Assembly (NCBI RefSeq): GCF_036321535.1
Contig: NC_087436.1
Coordinates: 77,068,001-77,132,000, forward strand
Origin: Camelus dromedarius
Taxonomy: Eukaryota
Length of the DNA: 64,000 nt
Reading direction: 5' to 3'
The number at the start of each line of letters is the position of its first letter. The first letter of the stretch is position 1. Made by a program: the position numbers and the translations under genes. Positions 38,421 to 52,070 of the stretch are shown here, in pieces. The notes beneath the pieces are model-generated. The model searched no databases and was not told the origin of the DNA. It saw nothing but the letters and a program-made list of their open reading frames with translations.

Positions 38421-41022
38421 TATTGCTGAAAAGCAAGCACAAATTATCATTAGTATAAATGCTAGAAAAGCAGTTGATACCCATATTTCAAGAACCCTGA
38501 CACCCCAGGGTTATTAAAAAGTTACATCAGAAACCTCTTGATTATGAGGTGTCTTTATGATGATCCGTTTGACTTTGCCATTAAAATTATGGATTTGTTA
38601 CATAATAAACTTGTTAATACTGTGTTCTGACTGTGATTTACATCATACATATTTTGTTATTTTTACATTATTTTATTTTATTTTTGTTAGGTTTTGACAA
38701 AAGACCTACTATCCTTTCCTTGAAGGTTATAATTTAGGACATTAGCCGAGATGTGTTAAAGGCCGGTATAGATAATACAGACTCTCACCATAGGTGTAAA
38801 TGGCATGACTACTTATTTGTGTGAAGTTATAAATCTACACAGTTCTGCCCATCAGAAATACAAGAAATATAGCAAGTTTCTCTATGACATTTCCATAAAC
38901 TTCATCCTTCTAATGACTGATTTGAGTAAAGTGGGGACAGTTCACAAAAGATGCTGTTATAATGAGCAAACCAGATAATACACAGTTATTTAAAAAATTG
39001 CATTATGGTGGTATAATTCTTTACTAAAATTAATTTATAGTGATCTCCCATGTGTAGGTGTTAAAGCCTGAGGATCGGGTAAAGGCCGATAACATTGAAA
39101 TTCAGAAAAGGAAGGCACTGGGCCAGGAGTTCTATTCCAACCAATTACCAACAGTAAAATATTCCCATCCTGATCGTGAGATCAGAAATAAATGCTCTGA
39201 TGTTGTAGTTGTGGCTCTTTCCTTGAAGCGGTACTCAGCATGTTTTGTTTCTTTTTTGACAATACTAGGTCATTTTTATTATTACAGAAGGATTGTTTTC
39301 ACAATTGGGTAACAATTTGAAATCCAATTCTGTCTTATATTTCATTACATTAAAGAGTGTTTCCAGTGCTTTGCACCCAAGATGCCGGGTGATCTGAAGG
39401 AGGGAGGTTTTGACAGGGGAGTGTTCATGATGTGCCCCACTGTCCTGTGGCTCCCAGCCCTGGTCTCTGCCCTTAGATTTTATATCCTGCTCTCTTCTCA
39501 CTAAAAACCCATCTCTGGTTTTGTTTCTCTCTAGCTCAAAACCCTTTAAGGGCTTTCCCTCATCCATTGTTCCAACCTGCTTTTCCTGTGTAGTTCCTTA
39601 CAACTCCTCTTTGCTTTTACTTTCACAAAATAAGCTGCTCGTTGTGCCTCACTCCAGCCTTGGACCGCTCTGCTTCTTTGCCTTTCCATATTCCTTTGTT
39701 TGTTCTTGTATTGGGGCTGCTTCATGCCAGGAACTGCATTATTCTTCTAAGACTTCTTTCTGAGTCTCCCCGTATACTGTATAATCCTATCCTTTGTTCA
39801 AAGCCCAACTGAAACACTTTTTGAAGCCTTCTGTGATATACCTTGATAACCCTATTCTCCCCTTCTTCTGGGAGCTCATGACGTACTATCCTATTACCTG
39901 TATTTTTCACATGGCAAGTCACATTCAATTTTTGCATCAATTTTGCTGGAGTTCCAGTGGGCAAACTGGTGGACAAATCCCTCTTCTGACTGGCACAGTC
40001 TTTCTCTGATTGAGCAAGATTGAGTCACAAGAATGTGCTGATATACAGATTATTGGTGGCTCACCCATGGAGGTCAATGAACAAATTCAGGGCTCTGAGA
40101 GACTAACAGGGCCTTGTGCTTGAACCACTTGTGCAGGTGCGTGCATCGTCAGTGTTTCCAGCTGTAGTGCTGCCTCAAGGCTACTGTACTCTAGCCTCAG
40201 ATGACCTTCCCCAATGGCATCCAGAGTGGCCACCCACCTCTCTGCAGGTGGTCCTCCAAAGTGGCCATGCCCTTGCTCTCTGAGAACTTTAGAAATCATT
40301 GCTCTCAACACCAGTGGCCCTCCTGATTGATATCCTCTTTTGTCTTTGATCTATGTAGATGCATGTTCTCCTGGTCTTTCTTAAGCCACGCCAGAAGAGA
40401 AGGACATTCCTTGCTGCATTGTGTCACTTCTCTCTGACAATGGCTTTTCCCCTACAGTCCACTGGTGGCAGTGTGTGGGAGATGAGGTTGCAGTTTCAAC
40501 ATGGAAAGAGTTCACATTCTACGAGTGCAGTGATTATAGTCAGAAGACTTCAAGAAGAGGCACTGTTGGAAGATGTTTATTCCATATTATAAAATTTCAA
40601 AAGGTAAATTTAACATGAGCAGAAAAGGAATTATCATTCACACTTTCCTGCATGCTCTGGGTAAGACTTGCTTTTGTGATTATCATCAATAAAGCATAGT
40701 GTCATCTTTTGAATGTCACTGTATTGCAGCATTCATTGGTGGCACCAAGGATGAGGCAGCTTTCTAAGGAATGATGTAAATTGAATGAAAGAACTGGTAT
40801 TAGGGAAGTGCAGAGGCAAGAAGGTGTATATTGTTTCAATATAAACATGTTCCGAAGAGTCATGGCATTATGAGTAATAATAGTGTTGCTACTTTTTCCT
40901 TGCTAAAGAGGATAGGAAATTAACCAAGAATAGGATGCTTGACAATAAAGAACATGAAGAGATAGTTCCCAGACTTGTTCAAGAAGAAGTGATACCTAGA
41001 TATTAGGAGGAACTGTCACATG

Positions 41023-41804
41023 TGTTTCTGAGCTGAACTGGGTCTTTTTGCCCACCACACAGCAAAGCCAATCTACTGACACCACCAGGTTGTGATAAAG
41101 GAAAGCATAGCATTTATTTCAGGGTGCCAAGCAAGGAGAATGGGCAGCTCGTGCTCAAAAGACTGTAACTCCCTGATGGCTTTCAGGGAAGGGTTTTTAA
41201 AGGTAATATTTGGGATGAGAGTTGTAGCTCCTGGACTTTCTTCTGATTGGTTGATGATGAGATATCATGGTGGTGTTTCAGGAATTGTAACCATTAACCT
41301 TCTGGTTCTAACCAGTCTAAGATCTAGTACATATGGTCAGCATATCGTCACCATCCTCCACCTACGTGTGAGTCTTAGTTTCTGCAGAACAACTCAAAGA
41401 TTTGTGTCAGATTGTTATGTATATCCCTTGGGGAGGAACTGGGACTCTGTTTTATCACTGAACTGTTGTTTAAGGTATCATTACTTTTCTGCTTAACTGC
41501 TTTTCCTTTGTTTCTGCCTTCTCACTCCCGTAATTAGTAATTGCTTGAGTCTGCTCTCTGGAACTCAAGGAAGGTGTAGGGGACTAAACCCTTTTTTTTA
41601 CAAACAAGAAGTTGGGGACAAAGAGGGGCTTTTGTATCTGAGAAGGCCCTTCAAGGTCCTGCTCAGTTTCAGTCCCCCCTTTTCTTTGATACTTCTCATT
41701 CTGAGGGGAACAGAGGTCAGGACAAAAACAAGAACAAAGTTTTGGATAGAGAAGTTAATCATACACTTGGCAGGGGAACTTGGTTTTAAGGGGACCCAGT
41801 TTCA
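41023..41804 (-). mobile_element. ERV1-type solo LTR
   Basis: TG...CA termini with 4-bp TSD catg; related to the LTRs at 42098, 46214 and 54561. Confidence 0.85.
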
Positions 41805-42097
41805 CATGCACTGATTGGACAATAAAACAAAACAAAACAGAACAAAACAAAAAACTTAAGCACCTATTTTCTACCCATTATACTAAATTGTCAGCAACCA
41901 TTAGACATTATATAGACTCATGAACTTTAAAAATAGATTATTTAATCAAGTAGTTCATATAGACAGGGGCCCTTCACACTCGAGGGACATCCCAGCCAGA
42001 ATCATTACTTTGTACCTGGATTGTCCAGAAGAAATGGTGCCATCTGTTCTTGGAGACTATTCAGCACCCAGCTACTTTAGGGGGACAACACTGCTTT

Positions 42098-42667
42098 TGT
42101 TACCTAACTCAGGTTTGACTGCTCATCACTCAAAAGCCAATACCTGAGAGGTGAGTGTTGGTTGGAAACGAAAGGTTGATTTATTCAGGAGGCCAAAAAC
42201 CTGGAGGGAAGGTGGTCTCATGTCCAAAAACCAACCCAGAAGATTCTTTTCCAACCATGAACGTTTTTAAAGGGAAAATCATCTGGGGAGGGAGTCAGAG
42301 CCTTCGTTATTTTACACCATGTGCAGACTTTTTTCTGATTGGTTGGTGGTGAGGTAGCAGGGTAGTGTTCTAGGAATCTTGTGCTCAGCCTGAAGTTACC
42401 ATCCTCCACCTGGGTGGGGGCCTTAGTTTCTGTAGAAGAACTATCAGATTGTTGTTTACATCCCTTGAGGGGGAATAAGGACCCTGCCCAGGGCTGTGCT
42501 ATCTTTCTTGACTGCTCCTCCTTTGTTTCTGCATTCCTTCCCCATCTTTCCTTTGGAACTCAGGGAAGATCAGGGAGGCTGAATGAAGCCTATTTCTATA
42601 AACGAGAAATGAGGGACACAGAAAGGGTTAGTACCTGGGAGGACTCCACAGGACCCTACTCCATTTA
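42098..42667 (-). mobile_element. ERV1-type solo LTR
   Basis: tgttacctaactc start; TSD cttt; shares ttctgattggttggtggtgagg...aggaatcttgtgctcagcctgaagtta with 54561-55119. Confidence 0.85.
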
Positions 42668-44396
42668 CTTTCAATGGTCTCAGGACTTGTAAGCCAGTCA
42701 AGACACAGGTATGGCCATGGAGACCTAAAAGGGTAGTGGAGGAACGAGAAGGAATGCCCTCCCTCCCTCTGTGTGTAACTAAACGAAAATAAACCCTAGG
42801 AAATCTCTGCCAGATCTGTGATACTCGTTTCAAAGGTCACAATCACATAAAGGCTCAAAAGGTTTTTGAGAAACTTCAGAGTAAACTAAATTCTATAACA
42901 AACTCCATACAGAATACAATATTGGATTAAGTAGCTAAAAAATGTTGACAAGAAGTTAACATGGTTATATGGTAAAAAGGAATTTTATTTTAAATTACTT
43001 AAAAAATTTAATTTTGTAATAAATTGTTATGTGCGATAATGGTGTTATATGTGTATGTGCACACATGTTCTGTGTCTGTTAGAGAGCATTAAGAAATCAT
43101 AGGATGTATGGGATTTCCTTTAAAATACTTGATGGGTGGGGAAGAATGAGAGATGACAGATAAAATGACTGACAAAAAGCAATGATAATTGTGGAAGTTG
43201 GGTGATAAGTACTTGGGGGGGCCTCTATCCTTGCCTATTTACATTTCTAAATTAAAAAAAAAATATTCTAATAAGCCAGTTGATGCAGAATAGTGTTAGG
43301 CATAGGGAAGGTACCCTACAAGTCTTCACTGCATCAATGCACTGACTTCTCCCTCACCTCTTCTGTGAATTCCCATAGCACTTTGTATTACTCTGGATGG
43401 CCAGTGTATTAGTATGCTTTCTGGTAGCAATTGGATTATAAGCCCTTCTTAGTATTTCTTTTTAAGTAGTCATTTTTTTTTTTTTACCTCTCGCAAGGGC
43501 TAGCCCATAATTTCTTATATGTATTTTTTACATTATACATAGAGTGCATATGGTAGGCTCTCAATAAATATTTATTGAATGAATAATAAATGCTTAATAC
43601 ATAGCTGTTGAATTGAAAAGGATTACTGCATAACAGATAACATGGACAATTCTTAGGTCTTACTCCTGGTAACTGTTTCTGCATTGGGAGGTGATAAAAA
43701 ATATTTTCCCCTTATAATCTAACACATTTACTACTACACATAAATTTCTGAGAACACACTTATGTATCTCTGGGATACCTTTACTAGATCAAAGATTATT
43801 TTCACCCCTTCCTTTCCTTGGGGTAAAACTAATTCAGGCTTCTGTGAAGAAAATATTTAGTGTTATTTTCTTGTTCCATTATCTGTTCCTAGGTCTTTTC
43901 ATTTAGAATCTTTGTAAAACAGGTGTAAAAATAGAATTGTTTTCAAATGAAAGGGAACCTTGCCCTTAGCAAGCCTCTGAACAGTTGTGTTCTGCACCTG
44001 CTATAATAAAATTCGAGAGAGATAATGTATTGAATTTTAATCACATGTTGCTTTGTTACATATTCACTGTTTAAAAACATTTCCTTTATTGTGGAGTTGT
44101 TAGTAAAAGGGCGGTATTGCCAATTAAGCCACTAAATGTCCCGGGGAGTGATTTTACACTGGGGAGTGATTATAATCTTGTGTAAAAATAGCAGACTCTT
44201 AGGTTAAAGTGAAAAAGACTGTTAAAAAAGCTTGATGAAAGCTGTGCTCACTAGAAATGCTTCAAATGTGAGTGTGTGTTTAAAGTTATAGATGAAATTG
44301 GATTTTTTATCCAAATACCCAGAAAGGGATCATTTAGTCAATATCTATGTATGTTAAAATTCTGATAACATCAGTTTATTTAATACAATTGATCAC

Positions 44397-44943
44397 TGAA
44401 GGGAAGGGGAGCAGACTTTCCCACCCCAAAATATACCTGTTTGGCGTAAGGATTATCTTTGCCTGGTTATTTTTTAAGAAACAGCAGACACAGGAAAAGC
44501 TTCTACAACTGAATAGAAGTTACCCTTTTGTAAGGGACATTTACATTTGTAAGAGCAATCTCCTTTTGTAAGGGTATCTCCCTACTGTAACAGGAAGAGG
44601 TGGATGACCAAATCTCTAGAAACTCTTACCAGTAAGGAAGGCAATGACGTAAACCTGCATAACAACCTTAGCCTTGTTTACTGTGCTTTGCCTGATAATC
44701 TCCCATAACTGGCTCCCCAACCCCCAACATTTTTCTCTTTAGCTGGAGATGGTGTTTTAGGTGATGGCTTGGGCCATTTCGAGGAGTCACTTAGTTTTCC
44801 TGGGTATCTTCCATATTTATAGGAGGTGTACATCATATGAAGCTTCTGTTTGTTTTTCTCTTGTTAATCTCTTTTTTTTTTTTCTCCTGGTGTTCTCAGC
44901 TGAGAACCTTGAAGGGTAGAGGGAAAATGATTCTTCCCTTACA
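44397..44943 (+). mobile_element. MER34-like ERV1 solo LTR
   Basis: tgaaggg...ccaccccaaaatat...taaggattat...ttcttcccttaca. Confidence 0.8.
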
Positions 44944-45275
44944 CAACCAAAGACGAAGAGTACCTGGGGTTGTTAGTTTTCTTTTTGTTATTAGACTTTT
45001 AAAAAATATTAATCTGACATTTAACATGTTAACTGTTTTCTACACTTACTTACCTGAATATATTCAATGATGATTTAATAGAGATTATTTCAGTTATTTT
45101 TAAAAGAGAATTATGAAAGAAGAAAGCATATTTTTATTAGTCTTTATTTTTTACAGGATATTTTAATATAACCAGTACATCGTTTTACTGTGTTTTCTGG
45201 AAGGCTCTGTTTTTTGTTTTTTTTTTTTAATATTGGAATATGGCGTTCTCTAACAATTTCTTAAAAGGTGGAGAA

Positions 45276-46017
45276 TATATAGAGATGAATTGTAGAATAG
45301 ATAAACAAGATTATACTGTACAGCACAGGGAAATATACACAAGATCTTATGGTAGCTCACAGAGAAAAAAATGTGACAATGAATATATATGTCGACTGAA
45401 ATAAATGCACAGCCTAAAAGTTAAGAGTTATGTTTTTATTTGGCGTGAGGACTCGAGCCAGGATAACAGCCTCTCAGATCGCTTTGAGGGACTGCTCCAA
45501 AGGGGTAGGGGAGGAGCTAGGATATATAGGAGCTTTACAACAAAGACCAGGTAGTTGGAACAATAAAAGATTGCTTGTTATCTAAAGAAAGCCAGGCATC
45601 TCAGGTTAAAGAATTTAGTGCTTTTCTGTGTATGGGAGGAAGCAAACATTTGGGCTCAATGAATTCATTCCTTTGACAAGCACCTAGCTATCTAGGGCCA
45701 GTATCCTGTCCTTTCTTATTCTGAGTCTGCTCCGAGTGCACCATTGTGAGTGGCTGCAGAGACTGGGCTGCAGGCCTGTCCTCACTGGGGGGTAGCGGCA
45801 GCCGCTGATGACTTGGTTTCAGCATTCTTTGTTTACTGATATGGTTGCAGTATTTTCATTCACATTGCAGTATTTTCGTTCACATTGCAGTATTTTCGTT
45901 CACATATATATGCTCATGTATGACTGAAAAATTGTGCTCTACACTGGAATTTGACACAACATTGTAAAATGATTATAAATCAATAAAAAATTTAAAAAAT
46001 ATAAATATAGAGATGAA
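45276..46017 (+). mobile_element. young camelid-type L1 3' end (TSD atatagagatgaa) interrupted by an LTR
   Basis: Same 3'UTR as the 11.0-kb and 48.5-kb copies; the L1 text gaatatata|tgctcatgtatgactg is split at 45390-45904. Confidence 0.85.
45390..45904 (-). mobile_element. young ERV1-type solo LTR
   Basis: tgtcgactg...ttcaca termini, TSD tata, tttatt near the left end; CpGs retained. Confidence 0.85.
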
Positions 46018-46071
46018 AAAGTATCTGCTGTTCTTCATCCTTATAGATAAAAAAGTAAAAAAGCTAAAATG

Positions 46072-46148
46072 TATGAATTTAGGTTAATATATGTTAGAAA
46101 TTAGGTTACGTATGTGTTAGAATTTAGGTTATGTATATGTTAGAATTT
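46072..46148. repeat. ~23-bp tandem repeat x3 (gaatttaggttatgtatatgtta-like)
   Basis: Directly visible imperfect units. Confidence 0.75.
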
Positions 46149-46213
46149 TCAGAGACTCAGCATGACATAATATGGGATTTCCCAAACCTGCCTGTTCATA
46201 GGAATCTTCTGAG

Positions 46214-47256
46214 TGTTACCCAAAAACTGGCTTTGCCCCTTGGTGGGTGTTGAGCTTAGGCACAACCATGCCAAAGATCAGTCGAGAGAAGGAAGGGTTT
46301 ATTACTTACATCAAGTAGGGAGAACACTGAGGATCTTTCCCAAAGTCATGTCTCCTTGAACAGCAAAATTGGAGAAGTTATAAGCTAAGGGTCATGCATA
46401 GTCATGAAGGATCTCATATGCATCTCATGAAGGGGCTTGAGCAGAGAATTTTGCATAGAATTGGATCAAAGGTAGGTACAGTCCAAGCTTCAGTTGATTG
46501 AAGTCAGCAAAGGGCATCATCATCATTCCATTCTCCACGTGGTGGGGGCCTTAGTTCCTGCAGATCTCAGGGATATATATCAGGTTATTATGTATATGCC
46601 TCAAGGAGGAACTGGGACTCTTATTTTGTCACTGAACTATTGTTTCTTGACTGCTTTTTCTTTGTTCTCACATTCCGTCGCTTCCCTAAAGACCATTGAT
46701 TACTGAGAGGTGATCAGGGACAAGCCCAGTGACCAGGCTTGAATCACAAAATACTTAGGCCCAAAATGACATCTTTTATGTCAAGAAAGCCATGTCTTGT
46801 TCTCTTTCTCCCAGGACCCCCTACCCTATGTACTTATGTTACGGAAATGACAGGCCAGCCAAGAAACAAGCACCACTCGGAGGGTTGGAGTACTCAGATG
46901 TATTACACCGGCGGCCTCAGAGGGGCTTCTGCTCTGAAGCTCTGAGCACTACCAAGACGTGCGCATGAGGTTTTATAGGGTAAAGTACAAGCTTGGGGTA
47001 TTCGGCCAATAGGCATGGAACAGCTTTAGCAGCATCATTATCACAAAAGTGGAGGCGGGGAGGCAGCAAACCAACATTCCAAAGCCAGATATGCATCTTT
47101 GAAAATCCAGCAGGCTAGCAAAAAATCATGAACAGCAAACCAACACTAATTAACCTAGATTTACAAGTTAGTCCTGTAGAACTCAGATCAGTATTCTGAT
47201 ACTTAGATTTGTGAGTTATCTTGTTAGCCCAGCCCGGCTTTTCCTTCACACTTATA
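46214..47256 (-). mobile_element. ERV1-type solo LTR containing a nested LTR (46837-47250), within a MER5-like DNA transposon
   Basis: Outer TSD tgag/ggag; inner tgttacgg...ttcaca with TSD ctta; flanks ttcccaaacct...gaatc|...cctacagaatcagaatt...gggcctgg resemble MER5. Confidence 0.75.
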
Positions 47257-47364
47257 GGAGGAATTCTTGCTAAGGTAGCTTCTTGGGTCCTCCAGGCCTA
47301 CAGAATCAGAATTAACAGGGGAAGGGCCTGGAGTGCTTGACTAACACAGAAACGTTGGGTAGTT

Positions 47365-47605
47365 GTTAAGAACAGATACTTGGGATTAGAATATCTGAGT
47401 TAGAGCCTTGATTCACTACATTTTAACAGGCTATCCATGGGGAAGGTGTTAAATGCTCTAAGCCTCAGTTTTCTCATATATAAAATGGGGGCAATGGTAA
47501 TATCTACTAAGAGGGTTGCTGCATGGATTAAATGAGATGTTAAACTGTGCTAAGTATGTAGCACAATGCTTGGCATTAGGGAAACATTCAATAAATATTA
47601 GCTAC
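47365..47605 (+). mobile_element. MIR SINE
   Basis: gcctcagttttctcatatataaaatgggg...ggattaaatgagat...caataaatattagcta. Confidence 0.8.
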
Positions 47606-48476
47606 ATGGTTAAGTCTTCTCCAAGAAATTAGAAGTCCACTAATTAGTTTAAATAGGTTGAGTATCATTTAATATGGGAATCAAATGAACCAACATGCTA
47701 TTTTCAACTCTTTGAAACTAACTCAGTCTTTCCTGAGCTTTTCTCTAAAGCCAAAAAAAAAAAAAAAAAAAAAGGCACATTTATACCACATATATTCAGG
47801 CTTTTAAAAAATATAACATTTTTCCTAAGTAAAATATTACAACAGATCTAAAAGGGGATTTTTGTTACATTGTCTGTAAGTTACTTTTAAGTACTTATGC
47901 ATAGAAAGTGTGATATATATGTGTAAATTATTTTTAAACGACATTTGTTAACACTTGAAATGCCCTAATCAAGACTCCTCAGGCTAAGGAAAGTTAGCAT
48001 TTGAAAGAGATGCTTATCTGAATCTGCAAGAGAGGGTTTATTAACTAGCATAAGTGCTTTTAGACATACTTTTTCATTGATGAAGTTGAGGCTTTCAAGA
48101 TTTGTGGGTTGGGTAGATATTGTACAAGCACCACCACTATTGCATGGCTGGGGAAGAATAATTAGGAACATCCATCAGCTTAATCTTTTTAGATTGATAC
48201 AGATATGTAGACTTTCCATCAGTCCTTTTTCCCATCGCTTAAAGGATGGGCCTTTGTGTGATTCAACTAGTCACTATGATTAGCTAATGCTGCCCACGAA
48301 ACACAGTGTTTGTCTTCAGATCTTTAATATGAGGCTCTTGTTAGAGAGGCGAGGACTTCATCTAGCTTAGAGAACTGGGTTTGTGCCTCCTTGCTAAAAA
48401 TGTTTATGCATGTGGTGGAATTCATTGTGAAGCTAACTTTGTTTTTCACATGTTCTGGTGGTGACTTGTAGAAAAA

Positions 48477-48690
48477 GACTGGGATTTCAAAATTGTAGAA
48501 TAGACTACACTGTATAGCACAGGGAAATATACACAAAATGTTATGATAACTCACAGAGAAAAAAAAATGTGACAATGAGTGTGTATATGTCCATGAATAA
48601 CTGAAAAATTGTGCTGAACACTGGAATTTGACACAACATTGTAAATTGATTATAAATCAATAAAAAATGTTAAAAAAAAAAAAGAAAAGA
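48477..48690 (+). mobile_element. young camelid-type L1 3' end
   Basis: gactgggatttcaaaattgtagaatag...gacacaacattgtaa...aaatcaataaaaaatgttaaaaaaaa. Confidence 0.85.
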
Positions 48691-48785
48691 AAAGGACACT
48701 TTTAGCACTCACCTGCCTTTAATCATTAGAGGCTGCTAAGCAGGAGATACTTAGAGAAAATTTGTGACCAATTTTGAGTGACCAC

Positions 48786-49124
48786 TGTTAAAAGGTAAGC
48801 TGAGGCATATTAGAAATTTTAAGAGTTTATTTGAGCAAAAACTTATTTGAATCAGGCAGCGCCAAACCGGAGGTGGTTAGGAGCACTCTTTGGAAATGAG
48901 CCAAGGGAAAGACTTGTATGGAGAGAATGTAGAAGCAAATAAATGAAATTATTTGATTGGCTATAGTTTAAAGCCCAGTTGGCTGTTTGTGATTGGTTGT
49001 CGTTAGCATTTTGATTTCATAACTTTGAGGTGTTTGCAGGCTGAGATTTTGATTTGTTTACATAGGCCACCCAGGCATTAGTACCACCTCAGTCTGATGG
49101 GTTCCTTGTTTAATTAATTTAACA
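48786..49124 (-). mobile_element. ERV1-type solo LTR
   Basis: tgttaaaa...tttaaca termini, exact TSD ccac. Confidence 0.85.
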
Positions 49125-49749
49125 CCACATGAGTTTATTTCAGTTCACAAATACCAAATTTTAAAGATTGAAGGTCAAAATCTTAGGGATTTTAGTCTTT
49201 GTTTTTCAATTCTTGGTATTGCCTCAAAAGAGGCAATTCTGCGTAACTCTTCCAGGTTCATTGATAGCTTGAAATAGAACATGGTAGGAGCATTCACAAG
49301 TTGGCAATTTCTACAAACTGTCCCCTACATTCCTGCCAGAGCTGTTTATTAAACATGTACCTGGCCTTTCATGGTCTGGTGTCCATTCTGATAGGTTTGT
49401 ACTCATGATTCACTAGATTTTAAAAAAAGATTCAGAATAGTACCCTTGCAGAAGTTAAAGGGCAGCAGATATTTAAAAACCTCATAAATTTTTTGCTTTC
49501 TTTCTGGACGACACTGCCTTGTTGGAAGAATACAGTCAGCTAGAAGCATAGAATTGGACTGGATCTTTGGCAGAAGTCTGTTGAGACAAAATTTAGAGAT
49601 AAAGCCCAGGTAAAACCAAGACAGGTGATGGAGCTGAATATAAAAACGAAGGTTCATGTATTAATTTCCACAAGCATCTCTTAATTTTCTGTTGATACTA
49701 AAGACCAATAATGTATTTATTATTCTTTATATAAATGTTCTTGAATTAA

Positions 49750-52070
49750 AATTTTTATTTTGACATATTCGTCGGTTCATTTGTAAGAAATAATAGAGAT
49801 CTCATGTATCCTTTAGCTATTCTCCCTCAATGGTAACATTTTACAAGACTATAATACACCAAAGCCATGATATTGTCATTGATGCAGTCAAGATACAGAA
49901 CATTTCCAGCCCTACAGGGATCCCACCTGATGCCCATTTATAGCCATAGCCACTCCCACCCAACACTACTCCTTCCTTGTAACCCTTGACAACCACTAGT
50001 GTGTTTATTTCTATAATTTTGTCATTTAAAGAATGTTATATAAATGAAATAATATAATATGTAATCTTTGGGATTGGCTTTTTTTCACTTAGCGTAATTC
50101 TCTGGAGCTTCATTGAAGTCATTGTGTGGATCAAATGTTCATTCCTTTTTATTGCTTGGTAGTTATCCATGGTATGGATGTACCACAGTTTGTTTAATCA
50201 TTCACCCATTGAAGGATATCTGGGTTGTTTTGGCTGTTATGAATAAGGCTGTTATAAACATGGCTGTACAGTTTTATTGGTAAATGTAATTTTTTATTTC
50301 TCTGGGGTAAATGCCCAGGAGGAGTGCAATTGCTGGGTAACATGGTAGTCACATTTCAGTTTTTTAAGAAAAAAAAAAAAAGTGCCAAACATTTTAAAGT
50401 GACTGTATTATTTTACATTCCCAACAGCAAAATATGAGTGATCCAGTCTCTGCATCCTTGCCAGCATGTGGTGGTGTTACTAGTTTCTATCTTAGCCATT
50501 CTTGCAGGTGTATAATGATGTCTCATTGTGGTCTTAAGGCATTTCTACTGGCTAATGATGCTGGACATCTTTTCATGTACTTATTTGCCATCTGCATATC
50601 TTTTTCATTGACATGTCTCTTCATGTCTTTGCCTACTTTTCAAATTGGATTTTTTTTTTTTAAACTGTTGAGTTTTGATAGTTCTTTATATGTTTTAGAA
50701 ATTAGTCCTTTGGCAGAGATGAGGCTTGTGAATGTTTTCTTCTGGACTGTATCTTGTTTTTTCACATCTATCACATGGTCTTTCGCAGAACAAAAGTTTT
50801 AAATTTTGATAAGTTCCAATTTATCAGTTTTCCCTTTGGTATCATCTAAGAACATTTTGCCTAATCCTAGATCTTCAAGATTTTCTTCTGTTTTTTGTTC
50901 CCATGAAAGTTTTATAGTTTTTTATTTTATGTTTTAATCTGTGATCCATTTTGAGCTAATTTTTGTATAAAGAGTGAGACTTAGGTTGAGTTTTATTTTT
51001 GATTTATGGATGTTTAATTGTCCAGCATTGTTTATTGAAAAGGTGATTGATTGATTGATTGATTGGTTTTTACATTGAATTGCTTTTGCACGTCCATAAA
51101 AAATCAGTTGGGTATCTTTGTGTGAGCCCATTCTGGCTTCTCTGTGATGTTCCAATTTCACTGATTTCTGCTCTTCTTCATCTCTCTGCTTGCTCAGGGT
51201 TATCTCTTCTTTTTCTAGGTTGTTGAGGTGGGAGCTTAAATTATTGATTTGAGAATTTTCCTCTTTTCTGCTGCATTTAGGTCAGACTATAATTTTTTTT
51301 CCCTCAACACTAAGTTAGCAGTTTCCCACAAGTTGATGAAATATTTTCATTTTCATTCAGTTCAGTGTATTTTTTAATTTCTCTTGAACCTTTCATTTTT
51401 ATTCATTTATTATTTAGAAGTGTGTTGGTTCTTCTCAGTTGATTTACCCTTTATCACTAGAAAATATCTCTCTGTTTCTTTGTTTTAAAGTCTATTTTAT
51501 GTGATATCAATATAATCATGCCAATTTTTTTGATTAATGTTTGCACAATATATCTTTTTTTCCTTTTATTTGCAGCTGACCTATATTGTTAAATTTGAAG
51601 TGAGTTTCTTTAGACAGCATACAGTTAGTCCATGATGTTTAATTCACTCTGCCAATCTTTGTCTTTTAATTAATATATTAGGCCATTTACATATAATTTA
51701 TGTATTTATATGTTAGGGTTTAAGTCTGCCATTTTATTTTTTGTTTTCTTTTTGTTTTTTATTTCTTGTTTCCTTTTTCCTGTCTTCATGTGCATTTCTT
51801 GAACCTTTTTAGAATTTGATTTTGATTTACTTATATTGTTTTTGAGTGTTGTCTTTTTGCATAGCTTTTTTAGTGGTTGCTTTAGATATTAATTATATAT
51901 ACATAATTTATCACAATCTGCTGGTGTTGTCATTTTTCTAGTTTGAGTGAAATATGGAAGACTTACCTACCTTTTAACTGTTTTATTCCCCTTTGTTTGT
52001 AACATAAGTGTTTTAAGTATCTTCTCTACCTATATTTAATCAGTGTTATAATTTTTGTTTTAACCATCAT
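49750..52070 (-). mobile_element. old L1 (L1MC/L1MD-like) 3' end and ORF2 fragments
   Basis: cagtcaagatacagaacatttcca, atggtatggatgtaccacagtttgttt, ttttaaagtctatttt. Confidence 0.75.

Noticed and set aside
38557..38630. C/D-box snoRNA-like spacing (ATGATGA ... CTGA)
   Set aside because: No convincing terminal stem or recognisable guide; such motifs occur by chance in AT-rich DNA.
39058..39312. Hydrophilic protein-looking ORF (MLKPEDRVKADNIEIQKRK...)
   Set aside because: Non-ATG start, no match to the CFAP299 exon 3 sequence (TLTSAGKDLQDNFL...) or any protein I recognise.
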